In this document: positions 1 to 13,300 of the stretch, piece after piece
Position numbering within the stretch: the first letter of the stretch is position 1
Layout of the letters: every line of letters begins with the position of its first letter
NCBI GenBank assembly: GCA_051294375.1
Contig: CM119263.1
Location: 7,798,635-7,862,634 of the forward strand
Reading direction: 5' to 3'
DNA length: 64,000 bases
Source of the DNA: Paraspadella gotoi
Lineage: Eukaryota > Animalia > Chaetognatha
The notes under the pieces: generated by a model
Seen by the model: the letters and a program-made list of their open reading frames with translations, nothing else
Told to the model about the DNA's origin: nothing
The model's database searches: none
Translations under genes and position numbers: made by a program

Positions 1-2386
1 ATATTGATAATTATTAATTAACTTATTAAAGAAACGTTAATAATTGTCCATGCGACGATGAGGACAGCAATGACAATGCGACGAAGAGATAAACGACATA
101 GAAGCTGAATAAAGAGACTCGTTACGACGACGACGACGACCGACGGACGACGACGAAATCCAAGAATTGAACAAACGAAAACGGTCGCTTCTCCCGGCCG
201 CTCGCGAGCGGCGAGAGCCGAAGCGACGAATTGCGCCGGCAAAACGGATTCTCCCCCCCTTCTCCCCCCAACTCAATTCAACGATTTGTTGCAGGAAACA
301 CCATAGGCATCCATTGGGCATTCGGTTTGGGCATCCGAAACGGGCATCCAATGGGCATGAACGCCTGATAACGTTGCGGGAGGGAGAACCATGGAGCTGA
401 AGAGAGAACGAGAGAGAGAGAGAGAGAGATGAGAGAGAAGAGAGAGAGAGAGAGAAGAGTAAGAGAGAGAGAGAGAGAGAGAGACATAATAAAAAAACAA
501 AGTGACCAAAGAGTAGCCTGCGATTCAGTTTTAAACTTTTGTTTAACTATCTGAACTAAAAAAAAAAAGTTGTCGAAAGATTAAGTAAAGGAATTCGTTT
601 GAGAGTTATAAGCACACGTGACACCTACCATATCCGTGAAGAGAAAAGAGAGGCATTCAGAAATTAGATTATGTGAAACGTTAATAAAAGAATATGGAAT
701 TGAAGATATTTTTTTCTATAAAAGTTAAAGCGATAGAATAACGTATGGATCAAACTTCACTATAAAACTTACAATAATGAACGATTCTATAATTGTGTGA
801 TTTTGTTTTTTTCATAATCCCGTCTTAGGCCAGAAAAAAGCTGTCATTTTCGGTTAAAATATCTGATTTGCGATTGACTAATCGCTATTTCTGCTTTTCT
901 TTAATTACTTCTTCGTTTGAGTTACAAATTAGTTATTGCGAGGAACTAAAAGGCGTAACAACCTTTAAAAAAAAACAAACAAAAGCGACAATCCTTTTTT
1001 TTCTCTTCTTTTTTTCGTTTGTATCAATTTTTTCGCGTTGATCGATGCTCTTTTGTCGCGTTACCCTGTTTCTGTTTGGGTTAGCGTCGGGGACGTGAGC
1101 TCGGAATAAAAAGTTATTTCTCGAGACGCAGAATCGGATTGAAAATTTGTTATTCGGAATCGATTAATTGCATAAAAAGTTCGATGTCCATTTATTCGCC
1201 GATTGTTACGCGCATAAATGTTCTTAAAAAGGGATTTCCGTCCGTTAAGATCGGAGATCACGTGACTTATTTTTCACCCTCGATTCGTTTTTCGATCCTC
1301 ACCGTTCATTCGAAAATACGTTGCCTCGCTCGCTATCCCTTGCCTCACTGCTATCCCTTGCCTCACTCGAAATTCGTTACCCCTCATTCGCCTATCGTGT
1401 CGCCCGCTATCTCTTGCCTCACTCGCCGATTGTCGGCGACCGATCGGATGAGTGGTCTGGCCGCCGGATAAACTGACCAGAGATACTCGGTCATTGAGGA
1501 ATCAGAGGCAAGGATAATTATCCCCCCAGATCGGATGACGCCCATGAAAGATTTTCACCCATCGGCGGAACTCTGGCACAAATATCAGGATGACTGGTTC
1601 CGCGTGGTCTTCGTCCGTCCAACTCAAGACTTCGCAACATTTATTTTTTCACCATGTCTCGTTTTTTCTCTCTTTCTGACCGATTCTATTATTTTTTTTT
1701 TTTTTTTAAATTTGACCTCGCGGTTTTTTTTTATTTTTTATTAATTACCAAAAAACAGTTATCGAAAAATCAGAACAGTATCAGTGTAAAAGACTAGAGA
1801 GCGGTAAGCAAGTAAAAACTAAACAATTAAAATTCAACGAAAACAAAAGACACTAACGTTTAAATGGACTCATGAATAAAATGTTATGAACTAATTCATA
1901 AGAAAACTATAAATAATAAACGTTTCAAGATACGTTTCAAAAATTCATAATTTTTAATATGAATGGATAATTTTATATTGTTGTACCAATTCATAAAAAG
2001 TAAAAAAATAAAAAGACAGTAAGCAAGTAAAAACTAAACTTATTAAAAATCAACGAAAAAAAAAGACACTACGTTTAAATGGGCTCATGAATAAAATGTT
2101 ATGAACTAATCATATTTTTTTAAATTTTTAAATCAATAAACCAATTAATAGCACGGACGACGAGCTGCCGGTTTATAATTAACCGCGACGTTAATCTTCG
2201 AATGTTATGTTATGAAAAAAAAGAGCAAAAGCAAAGAATCGCCTTCCGCCGACATTCCTCCGTTTCAAATCTTTTTTTTCTTTCTATTTTCTATTTCAGG
2301 GAACAAAAAGAAAAGAAAAAGGTTAAAACACCATCTGCCCTCGAAATTCTTTCATTTTTTGTTTTGTGTTGTGATATTTTTATATT

Positions 2387-2468
<82 letters not shown>

Positions 2469-2647
2469 TCTCTCTCCCTTCTCTCTCTCTCTCTCTCTCT
2501 CTCACTTCTCTTCTCTCTCTTTTTCTTGTCTTTTCTCTTAATGAATCTCTCGACTGGCAGCTCTCTCTCTCTCTCATTCTCTCTCCTTCGCTCTCTCCTT
2601 CCTCTCTCTCCATTTCTCCCGTNNNNNNNNNNNNNNNNNNNNNNNNN

Positions 2648-2682
<35 letters not shown>

Positions 2683-4539
2683 AAAAATATCACAACAACA
2701 AAACAAAAAAATGACAAGAATTTCGAGGGCAGATGGTGTTTTAACCTTTTTCTTCTTTTTTTGTTCCCTGAATAGAAAATAGAAAGAAAAAAAAGATTTG
2801 AACGGAGGAATGTCGGCGGAAGGCGATTCTTTGCTTTTGCTCTTTTTTTTTCATACATAACATTCGAAGATTAACGTCGCGGTTAATTATAAACCGGCAG
2901 CTCGGTCGTCCGTGCTATTAATTGGTTTTATGATTTAAAAATTTAAAAAAATATGAATTAGTTCATAACATTTTATTCATGAGCCATTTAAACGTTAGTG
3001 TCTTTTTTTTCGTTGATTTTTAATAAGTTTAGTTTTTACTTGCTTACTGTCTTTTTATTTTTTACTGTTTATATTTTCGGTTTAAAAATTTGATTTTTGA
3101 AACGTTCTTGAACGTTATATTTTTATAGTTTCTTATGAATTAGTTCATAACATTTTATTCATGAGTCCATTTAAACGTTAGTGTCTTTTGTTTTCGTTGA
3201 ATTTTAATTGTTTAGTTTTTTACTTGCTTACCGTCTTCTAGTCTTTTACACTGATACTGTTTCTGATTTTTCGATACTGTTTTTTGGTATTATTAAAAAA
3301 AAAATAAAAAAAACCAGACCGAGGTCAAATTTTAAAATTAAAAAAAAAAAAATAATAGAATCGGTCAGAAAGAGGGAAAAAACGAGGAACCTGCTGTGAA
3401 AAAAATAAAATGTTGGCGAAGTCTGAGTTGGACGGACGAAGACCCAGCGGAACCAGTCATCCTTGATATTTGTGGCCAGAGTTCCGCCGATGGTGAAATC
3501 TTTCATGGGCCGTCATCCGTCTGGGGGGATAATTATCCTTCCTCGATTCCTCAATGACCGAGTATCTCTGGTCCAGTTTATCGCGCCAGACCACTCATCC
3601 ATCGGTCCGACCGAAATCCGGCGAGTGAGGCAAGAGATAGCGAGGCGACCGATAGCGAATGAGGTAACCGATTTCGAGTGAGGCAAGGGATAGCGAGTGA
3701 GGCAAGGGATAGCGAGCGAGGCAACGTATTTCGAATGAACGGTGAGGATCGAAAAACGAATCAAGGGTGAAAAAATAATCACGTGATCTCCGATCTTAAC
3801 GGACGGAATCCCTTTGTTAAGAACATTATCGCGTAACAATCGGCGAATAAATGGAATCGAACTTTTATCAATTAATCGATTCCGAATACAAATTTCAATC
3901 CGATTCTGCGTCTCGAGAATAACTTTTTATTCCGAGCTCACGTCCCGACGCTAACCAAACAGAAACAGGGTAACGCGACAAAAGAGCATCGATCAACGAA
4001 AAAATTGATACAAAACGAAAAAAAGAAGAAAAAAACAAAGGATTGTCGCTTTGTTTGTTTTTTTTTAAAGGTTGTTCGCCTTTTAGTTCCTCGGCAATAA
4101 CTATATTTGTAACTAAACGAAGAAGAATTAAAATGAAAGCAGAAATAGCGATTAGTCAATCGCAAATCAAGATATTTACCGAAAATGACAGCTTTTTTCT
4201 GGCCTAAGACGGGATTAGAAAAAAACAAACATCACCAATTATAGAAATCGTTCATTATTGTAAGTTTTATAGTGAGTTTGATCATACGTATTCTATCCTT
4301 TAACTTTTTATAAAAATATCGTTCAATTCCATATTCTTTTATTAACGTTTCACATAATCTAATTTCTGAATGCCTCTCTTTTTCTCTTCACGGATATGGT
4401 AGGTGTCACGTGTGCTTATAAACTCTCAAACGAATTCCTTTACTTAAATCTTTCGACCAACTTTTTTTTTTAGTTCAGATAAGTTAAACAAAAGTTTAAA
4501 ACTGAATCGCAGGCTCCTCTTTGTCACCTTTGTTTCTTT

Positions 4540-4571
<32 letters not shown>

Positions 4572-4844
4572 CTTCTCTCTCTCTCTCCTCGTCTTCTCTC
4601 TCTCTCTTTCAGCTCCATGGTTCTCGCCTCCGAACAGTTATCAGCGTTTCATAAGCCATTGGATGCCCGTCGGATGCCCAAACCGAATGCCCAATGGATG
4701 CCTATGGTGTTTCCTGCACAATCGTTGAATGAGTTGGGGGGAGAAGGGGGGAGAATCCGTTTTGCCGCGCAATTCTCCGCTTCGGCTCTCGCCGCTCCGA
4801 GCGGCCGGGGAGAAGCGACCGTTTCGTTGTTCAATTCTTGGATT

Positions 4845-4875
<31 letters not shown>

Positions 4876-4997
4876 AACGAGTCTCTTTATTCAGCTTCTA
4901 TGTCGTCGTTATCTTCGTCGTCATTGTCATTGCTGTCCTCATCGTCATGGACAATTATTAACGTTTCTTTAATAAGTTAATTAATAATTATCAATAT
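1..4997. repeat. Large inverted repeat (arms 1-~2390 and ~2675-4997) centred on a (CT)n / 25-N / (GA)n spacer
   Basis: Base 1 onward is the reverse complement of 4997 backward, collinear throughout with small indels; left arm is cut by the window edge. Confidence 0.95.
1745..2113 (+). repeat. AT-rich element with two ~210-bp-spaced internal repeat units (copies at ~2950-3300 and ~15420-15780 reversed, ~27445-27830)
   Basis: GTAAGCAAGTAAAAACTAAAC...AAGACACTAACGTTTAAATGGACTCATGAATAAAATGTTATGAACTAAT occurs twice in tandem. Confidence 0.75.
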
Positions 4998-6874
4998 TAA
5001 TGTATTAATTAAGTAATTTATTTAAGTAAGCAATATATTTATGTAATTTTCAATTTATTTCTTAGCTGTAGTCAGTTACATCTAAATCATTGTCTTCGCC
5101 TTGTCATCGTTGTCATTGTCATTCCTAATGTAATTATCATTTTCATAAAAGTTACGGTCGTCATTTACGTCGTCATCATAGTACATAGTAGTCGTCGTCG
5201 TGGTCGTCGTCATTGTCGTCGTTTTGTTGATGAAAAAAAAATCGGATTTTGTCAAAATCCGGCGAATGAAGTTGATTCTATTTCCCGCCCGTCCCCCTCG
5301 GGTCCGGGGGGCCGCAGAGGCCGCAGCAGCCTCTTCCGCAACGGCAGCGGCTGTGGCAGCAGCCTCAGGGACAGAATCAGACGCGGCGGTCGAAAAACGC
5401 AACACAATAGATAATTGTTTTTTTTTAAGATGCAATCTTTTCTTTCTTTTTGCTCCGTTCGTCGCCACTTCGGTCGCGAAAGGCCCTTAGTCCCCGGGGA
5501 GAGAGAGAGAGAAAGACCGAGAGAGAGAGAGAGAGAGAGTTGAATGCCTTCAGATGCTTCCAAACATCTGTTGATATTCTGAGCAGATAAAACAGACAAA
5601 AAAAAAGATAAAAAGGAGAAGAATTATTATTAAGAGGAGGATAAAGAAGAGGAGGAGGAGGAGGAGGAGTTTCCGTCCGAAAAGAAGAGACAAAATCGAG
5701 GAGACGAGTAACGATTTTAAATAAATGTCAAATCTTTTTAATACAAAAAAAGTTATTGGACAACCTCATGAATTTAGAGTTGAAAATATTAAACAATATT
5801 AACAACCTCCATCAATCTCTTAAAATAAAAAAAATACGTTCGAGCCTTGTGTTACTCCTCCTCAGTCACAGACCTTAAAAAAGATTGTAACCTAATTTCG
5901 AACTCGGTTACGATAAATTTAATGTCAAATTTGTTTGATATTCGTTGCCGCCCCACTCGCTCCAAGACAACGCCCGTTTGTTTGTAATCAAAATATGAAA
6001 AATTCGCTTCCGTTTTTTTTTTTTACGGAGGGGGGGGCAGGTTGTCCTATAAATCGCGTGCTCGAAATTTCGCGGTATAAGAGTCGAGAGAGCATTTCCT
6101 GCTGTTGTTGATTTCATGTTATAGAAAAAGAAAGAGAAGAAAAAGAAGAAGATTGCGAAAGATGCGATCGTCGCCCCACGAATCAACAATCATCGGCGAA
6201 TCAAAGATGCCTTTCTTTTATAACGAAATTCTCTCCGATCGATTATCCCATATTGAGGCCGTTTTAAAGTCTTAAGCGGCGCCGATCATTAACTAGAGGC
6301 GATTGAGAATGAAGCCAACCAACTTCGCTGGAGGCGAGAAGGAGTTTGTTTGTTTGTTATGAATGTAGGTCGGGTGAGATGAAAGGGTAATTAAGGAGAG
6401 AGGGATGAAGGGTGAGGGGGTTTGAGAAGAGGACGGAGGATTGAGAAAAGTTGGGTATATTGGTCAAAGGCAACGATGCTGTTTGTTAGGGTCGGTGTGG
6501 TCACTGGTCACTGGTCACGCGTTACACAACCCAGAACAATTTTTCACTTTTGAAATTTTGCTCTGCAGGTCAAACGAAAAAAAAAAACCGTGAACGGTAT
6601 GAGAGAAGACACGAAAGTTAAACAAAGAGTGAGAGAGTGAGAGCAGAGAGAACTTAGACAAAGACAGAGATTGAGAGGGAGAGACTAGTTATGTTGTCCC
6701 TTTTGGGTCAGTCTGACCACTCCCTCTCGAAACCTGTGACCGCGACTCTTTGAACTGAATCAATTTCCATTCGTTTCTTTCAAACAACAAAATTTATTTC
6801 CAATTTTTTCGACGTCCAAGTCCAAGTTTTTCTCTTTTCCCGTAATTGATCGGGTTCTCCCCTCGAGGTCTCTC

Positions 6875-7330
6875 NNNNNNNNNNNNNNNNNNNNNNNNNN
6901 NNNNNNNNNNNNNNNNNNNNNNNNNNNNNNNNNNNNNNNNNNNNNNNNNNNNNNNNNNNNNNNNNNNNNNNNNNNNNNNNNNNNNNNNNNNNNNNNNNNN
7001 NNNNNNNNNNNNNNNNNNNNNNNNNNNNNNNNNNNNNNNNNNNNNNNNNNNNNNNNNNNNNNNNNNNNNNNNNNNNNNNNNNNNNNNNNNNNNNNNNNNN
7101 NNNNNNNNNNNNNNNNNNNNNNNNNNNNNNNNNNNNNNNNNNNNNNNNNNNNNNNNNNNNNNNNNNNNNNNNNNNNNNNNNNNNNNNNNNNNNNNNNNNN
7201 NNNNNNNNNNNNNNNNNNNNNNNNNNNNNNNNNNNNNNNNNNNNNNNNNNNNNNNNNNNNNNNNNNNNNNNNNNNNNNNNNNNNNNNNNNNNNNNNNNNN
7301 NNNNNNNNNNNNNNNNNNNNNNNNNNNNNN
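6875..7330. other. Assembly gap (456 N); other gaps at 2623-2647, 19997-20021, 26268-26613, 26733-26757, 33865-33874, 34923-35224, 41012-41036
   Basis: N runs counted directly; four are exactly 25 N. Confidence 1.
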
Positions 7331-10300
7331 NACCGATTCGAAATTTTTTAACCCTCGTCCATCTCCGGTTCCAATATACGCCAAACGCTGGATTGCATAT
7401 CGAACGACGACGACGACGACGACGACAGCGACGAAGACTACGACGAACGGCGGCGAACGACGATGACGTCGTACTGACCAACGCTCCGAGTCTTCCGCCG
7501 AAAATCTTACGCGGGTCCGTTCTGTGGGTCATCCATTCAATTTGACCCCTTTCTAGAGTACAAAATATTTTTTAAATAATCTTTCTTCCTGCAACCTTCT
7601 AAAACTCACTCGTTCTGTGACACTCGGGATGTCATAAAAATTAATAAAAAAATATATTTACATTTTACAGATTTTTTACCCTATCATCCGACCGCGGATA
7701 AGAACCTGATAACCCCTAATAAAAAATGAAACTTTATTTACCAAATAAAATTAAAAGATGTGTTTAACTTTGTTGAACAAATCTTTTAATACGGAGAGGA
7801 AAGCTTGTTTCTCTCTCAAGCATATGAATCATCCCAATACTTTTGTTTTTAAGTAAACAGAAAATAGTTTTCAGGGAAGAATCTCGTGTGACTCTCACTT
7901 AACAAAAATTACGAAAGCTGTCAATTTCCTTTGCCTTAATCATGGAATTTTTATAACGCCAACTGTGATCGGTTAAATCCTTTTCTTGAGAAATGAAACG
8001 TGTTTAAACCTGTTGTTCTCGTTGTCGGCGAGCTTTTAAATTTAAAAAAAAGGGAAATTAAAAAGGTGTTTACTTCAAAAAAAGAAAATCGTATTGAACA
8101 AAAACTTATTATTTTTTTCCCGACTTTCTCTTAACCTGATATTCCTCATGTAATGCATCTCTACATAAATGTCATAACGAATGCAAAACCCGAGACGTTC
8201 CGCCCAGAGTCGACGCCTCGTTGTTCGGTCTATTGTTCCGCGCAGCATAGTGGTCCTGCCCTGCAACGCGGTCTCTCGCTCGAATTTTCCGCGACCAATT
8301 TCTGCAGCTGCAGACTGTTGCAGAGGATCCGAGCGGGTCGCTCCAAGATTTCTCGGCCCCCTGCCCGAATATTCGCATTTCTGAACCAGTCCAAGCAATA
8401 ATTTTAGTAAATGACTTTCCTTTTCTAATTGTGAAATCATACTTATCAGGCAGCCGCACAGAAATCAAACTGTGCACGTGACTGTCGCGTCAGCTGCACA
8501 AGAAGCAGCAGGTGCGACCGTCATCGGATCGCAAAATGCCAACCAAGCGGATGTCTCTTTCCGTTTCGTTCGCAAGTCAAAGCTGACAGAAATAAATATG
8601 GAGACAGGAAATCATGATTAAACTAAATTATTAAACTAATAAATAAATAACCTTGTTTTTGAGCGTCCTTCGTATGAATCAACGGCTTAAAAGTTGCCTT
8701 AGAAATGGGGTTTATTTTGTGAAATCAACGAAAAAAGTTGCCTCCGTAATAAGTCAGAAAATATAACTCATATTACTCCGTTTTAACAGAGAGAATTCGC
8801 GTTGCGGTCGACGTCCACCGAAAACGGTCGTAAGGAACTTTTTCGCTTTTCTTTCATCATCGCGGCTGGTAACACAAAAATGAGTTTGATGCATAGTTGG
8901 TGTACCAAACTTTTTATTTATTGGTGAACGTTGAAACATACCAAACAAGTAAAAGACCTCAATCAACCGGAAAACAGCTCCTGCCTCATGTTCATGCTCC
9001 CACTGTTTCGAATTTCCCAGCGTTTTGGAACATGGCGCTGTTTGTCCCTCGGCGTAGATGGTCCGCCGAGCGAAAAAGCCGGATGTCCTCGCCAAATGGT
9101 CGCCGTTTTTTACGGGCGTCGACTTCGTTCTCGACCGATTTTTCGCTTTTGCCCATCCGGTGAAGTGGAAGTTTGTCGCGATAACGTGAGCAGAACGCCA
9201 GGCCCGGGTTTGGATGGCGGACGACGCTGGTTGAGGCGCCGCTGGCGATTGGCGTCGGTTGACGCGGCTGCGAGGTGCGGGGCGGTCCGTGGCCCGTGGG
9301 CAGGTGGCGCTGATCCAAGTGGCGGAAAAGAGGATACCCACTCCTCGCTCGAATTTTTGCAAACTTTTGGGTTTTCTTTTCTTTTCTTTTTCACTGAAAA
9401 TAATATCAGATTTTGTATGTAAGTCGAATTTTTAGAAAATTATCAATCGCCGGACCCAAGAGTCTTTGCAGAACGAAAAGTCTCATAAAATGTTTAAGTA
9501 AAATTGAACTATCAACTGAAGACCTTTATAAAAATTTTATTATTTGCTGGTATTCCAATTCTTGACCTCTGATTCTGCGTATTCCATTATGAATAATACT
9601 GTATTAACATGGTATTATTCGTTCCTGAAAATGTTCTAAACTCTCAAGCGCTTTTGTGTTTGGCAGGAATTTTCAAATTTTTGGAAAATCCGGGCGTTTT
9701 TGTCGGCGAACCAGATTCAAAATCGGAACTTCCGGTGCACCGGAAACCGAGAAGCAAAAACTGAGAAGGCGGTGGACGAAGTGGAGGGTGGTGCGAAAAA
9801 GGTCGGCGGAGTAGGATGGTGTGGGGATGAAAGAGGAAAGGAGGAAGGAAACGAAAAAAACAGAAAAAAAATGTGAATACGAGCGAATAATTAAGAGCAA
9901 AACATCAATAAACATTCCCGACAGAAAAAATCGAAGACGGTTTACCTTAAAGTAAAAAAAAACTTCGAAAAACTAGAATGAATGTCGATTTTTTTTTGTT
10001 GAGAATTTTAAAAAGCTGTTCTAAAATTTATATGTGGTAAACTGTTCGAAAAATTGTTTGTTCAAATTGTTTTCTCATTTTCTTTTACGCTACCCGTTAG
10101 AATGTAAAATCCTGGAAAGTGGAAGTCCACCCAAAAGGCGTGAATAATTTTTCTTTGAAAACGATTATCTGCGTTGTTAGTTAAAGGCGATAAAAACACA
10201 GAAAAACAAAGGTGTAATTGATTTTCCATGACGCAATATGACAAACTAGAGTTTTTCGAAAAAGTTTTTTTTTTTTTCAACCCATGGCCGCGAAGTGAGA

Positions 10301-13300
10301 CGCAAACTACGGAAAGTGGACGAGTAGTAAAAACGCTCGAGCTGTCAACAATCGCGATTTTTATTGAGCAGGTGAAGTCTCTCCAACAGTTTGAGGACTG
10401 TGTTAGACCTACTGATCAAATTAAAAGAAGGCGAGAAGGTGATGATAGTTTCAAGAAAGCTTAGGTCTTATTTTAATTCTTTATCTTTTTACCTTTTCTG
10501 GGTCTCAAATTCGCCTTAAAATGTATAAATGCCACATTGACTCGAAGATTTTTTAAACGGGATCTTGAGTCTTACCTTTTTCGTTCCGTTTCGCGCCGCC
10601 TGCCCCTGACCGACACGACCCGAGGGATTCCACGACGGAGGACGCCACGACACGTTATCGACGAAAGGAGGTCACCACCGAACAAGTATAATATAATATA
10701 ATACGTACAGAACTGGAGCTACGCAACGCGGGAGTGACGAACCTTAAAAAACCACCAGCGCGCCCAAGGGCCTTGAAAGACAAACCCCGACAGACCGGAG
10801 CTGGACAGAACCTACTTCCAGAGTAGTTAATAAGAGTGTTTCTGCGCGGTATATATGGTGTCCTCGAGGTGAGAGTTTTTTTGATCGAGAAATTCTATGT
10901 ATGGTAACGATTTTATTTTCCTCCATTACGAACTAATATATCCGCAGATCAGAGCGAATATAGTATGCGTTTGTGGCGGTGATTAGGGAATTGCACAGCC
11001 ATCCGAATAAACCACACAGGTCGTCAATAACATGTAGGCGTTGTATCCATATACCACAAGTCCACTCACCAAAACAGAGACTATCCTCTGCTAGCAAAAT
11101 GGAGTCGAAAGCGAGAGCCCGTACCCTTGGTAGTCCGCGGTGCGATTCTTTTTAACCCTGGTGGGGGCTTTTTTTGTTTTTAAGAAATCTTTCCCCTTCA
11201 GATGTTTTAATCTTGCGGCTAGTATGAAACCGTTTTTGTAGTAGCACACTAGTAAATAGGGACGTGTCTCCGAATTTTGCTCTTGGCGTCTTTTTCATTA
11301 GTTATCCAAAATTATTTAGGTCCGTCTAGAGGGCAACCCATAGAGAGGCTTTCAAGTTCGTACATATCTGCGCGGAAAAAAAAAAACTGTCCAAGAATTG
11401 ATTGTCCTTGATTGCATGATGAGCGGTTTAAAACGCGACGGAATGAGTAAATTCAATTGACGATCAATCTTTGAACATTAAAACGCCATCAAAGGGTGAG
11501 TCCTTCCTCGAAACACAGTCTACAAAAGCGGGATACTCGATGCCGGTTCTTCCCGGCGCGAAAGAATTTGGAGGTGTCAGGAGTGAAAGGGTGAAAATAT
11601 TAAAAGAGAATTTAATTTACCGACGGAGGGGGATGGGCTGGGTACAGGCTGTAAGATGAGGGGAGGCTGGGTACTGGCCTGGATATGTGGGCCGTTTGAA
11701 AAGAGTTAATAGGAACGTAAAAAAACGAAGAGATTGAAAAAAAGAGATATAGGTTTCAAAAAGATGGAGAATAAGACTGAAGATTAAAATAGAGAATGCG
11801 CGCACCGGTGGTCTTCTCAGGTGGACGAACTGACGAAACGTTAATGGTGGCTTGCTGCTGAAGTTGAACAAATTCAATACTGTTAGAAATATTGTCGCCG
11901 ACGCTACCAATGTTCAGTCATAACCTAATTAGTGGCTCTTATCCAAAAGCAAAAAATTCCCTTGTTGTCGTCCTTCATCTAAAAAAATAAATGGCAGTTT
12001 TGCGGAAAATCATAGGGACAACGTTGAGTTCGAATGGTAATTCGGTTCACGAAGAAAAAGAGGCAGAGTGCGGGGCTGAGAGCTTTCCCGACAGACCACC
12101 TGTGACAGAGCGTCAATTCCAAGGAATAGGCACTTCTCTCTCTCTTAACTCTCCCAGGCCAGTCCGGCGTCTCTCCTTGAGGAGTCCACGGTGTCGTTCG
12201 GAGTCTCATCTTTTGGCGATCCACTCGGTGATCTTCGTCGAGTTTCCTCTGCTTCCAATCCTCTCATCTCTCTCTTCTCTCCAAAACGAAACGATGTCAG
12301 GAGGCGCACAGTATGGCCCAGGGATTGTGCGGACACGCGCGAGTATCATCACCTCGAGATATATTATTACTTTGGGATGCGACGACTTTTTTTCGTTATG
12401 TGGTTTGGATTTTGGTTTTTATGTTGTAAGAGTTAACGGGAAGTTGATGTTTCTTCGGTGTTTTTTATTTTGTGGAAGCATTTCCAGCAGGCTGGACGCT
12501 AATATTTTATCTACTTCGGGTTGTTTAGGGTGGCGCAACCTTATAGCGAGGGTTGTTTAATATTGTGTTCCAGGTTAAGCAGATAAAAGTCCTAGTATTG
12601 ACTCCAGGGTGCCTAAGAGTTATTTAACCGTATGAGAAAGGGAAAGGTACCGCCCTCTCCTCCAGGTTAAAAGATCTGGAGAAGGAAGATAGAGACTCAT
12701 ATATCTTCTATTGTGAATTGCAAAATTATGTATATTATAATGTATTTTGAGTGTGAAGCGCTAAACTATATTGAGTGAGAATTAAACTCTATGATTTTTG
12801 AAAAAATTTAAAAAAGAGAATAAAGATACAAGTCAGTTAATATTTATCTTACGAGTTTTAAACAATAGAGCGCTTTTGACTTATTTTGGTTGATTTATCC
12901 TTAGAGTATTCCTACCGTAAATTTTTGTTTCACAAGCTAGAAGAACACCGTAAATACATATAACAATAAGTAATTAATACAACATTGTGTGCATATGTAC
13001 CAGATAAACAGTATATTACTTCTTTACATATGACGATCTAATAGGTAATGGAAATTCACTACACACTTCACTGTAGTTAAATTATACTTCTCTATTATCG
13101 ATGCTCTCAATATACGCATTTTCGAGAGATTCCTCTCAAGCAGTTACTGAGCTTGGCGGACGCTACCTCGTCTTAATTTATTACATGGCTGAGAGCAGAC
13201 TCATGGTCCGATGAGAGAGTAGAGAGAGAGAGCAAGAGAGAGAGAGAGAGAGGTAGACCAGAGAGAGAGAGAGAGGAAGAGCGAGAGATGAGAGAGAGAG

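Noticed and set aside
1322-1427. Short repeats separated by spacers, superficially CRISPR-like
   Set aside because: Eukaryotic context, only 3-4 units, irregular or zero spacing, no cas genes.
6498-6518. TGGTCAC x3 (and GGGTCAACATTC x2 at 42962) resembling nuclear-receptor direct repeats
   Set aside because: Indistinguishable from simple slippage repeats without functional data.
8754-9422. Overlapping 108-202 aa ORFs on both strands
   Set aside because: No recognisable domain or convincing splice framework; explained by local high GC content.
11991-12560. 189-aa ORF
   Set aside because: No motif and lies in apparently unpolished sequence.
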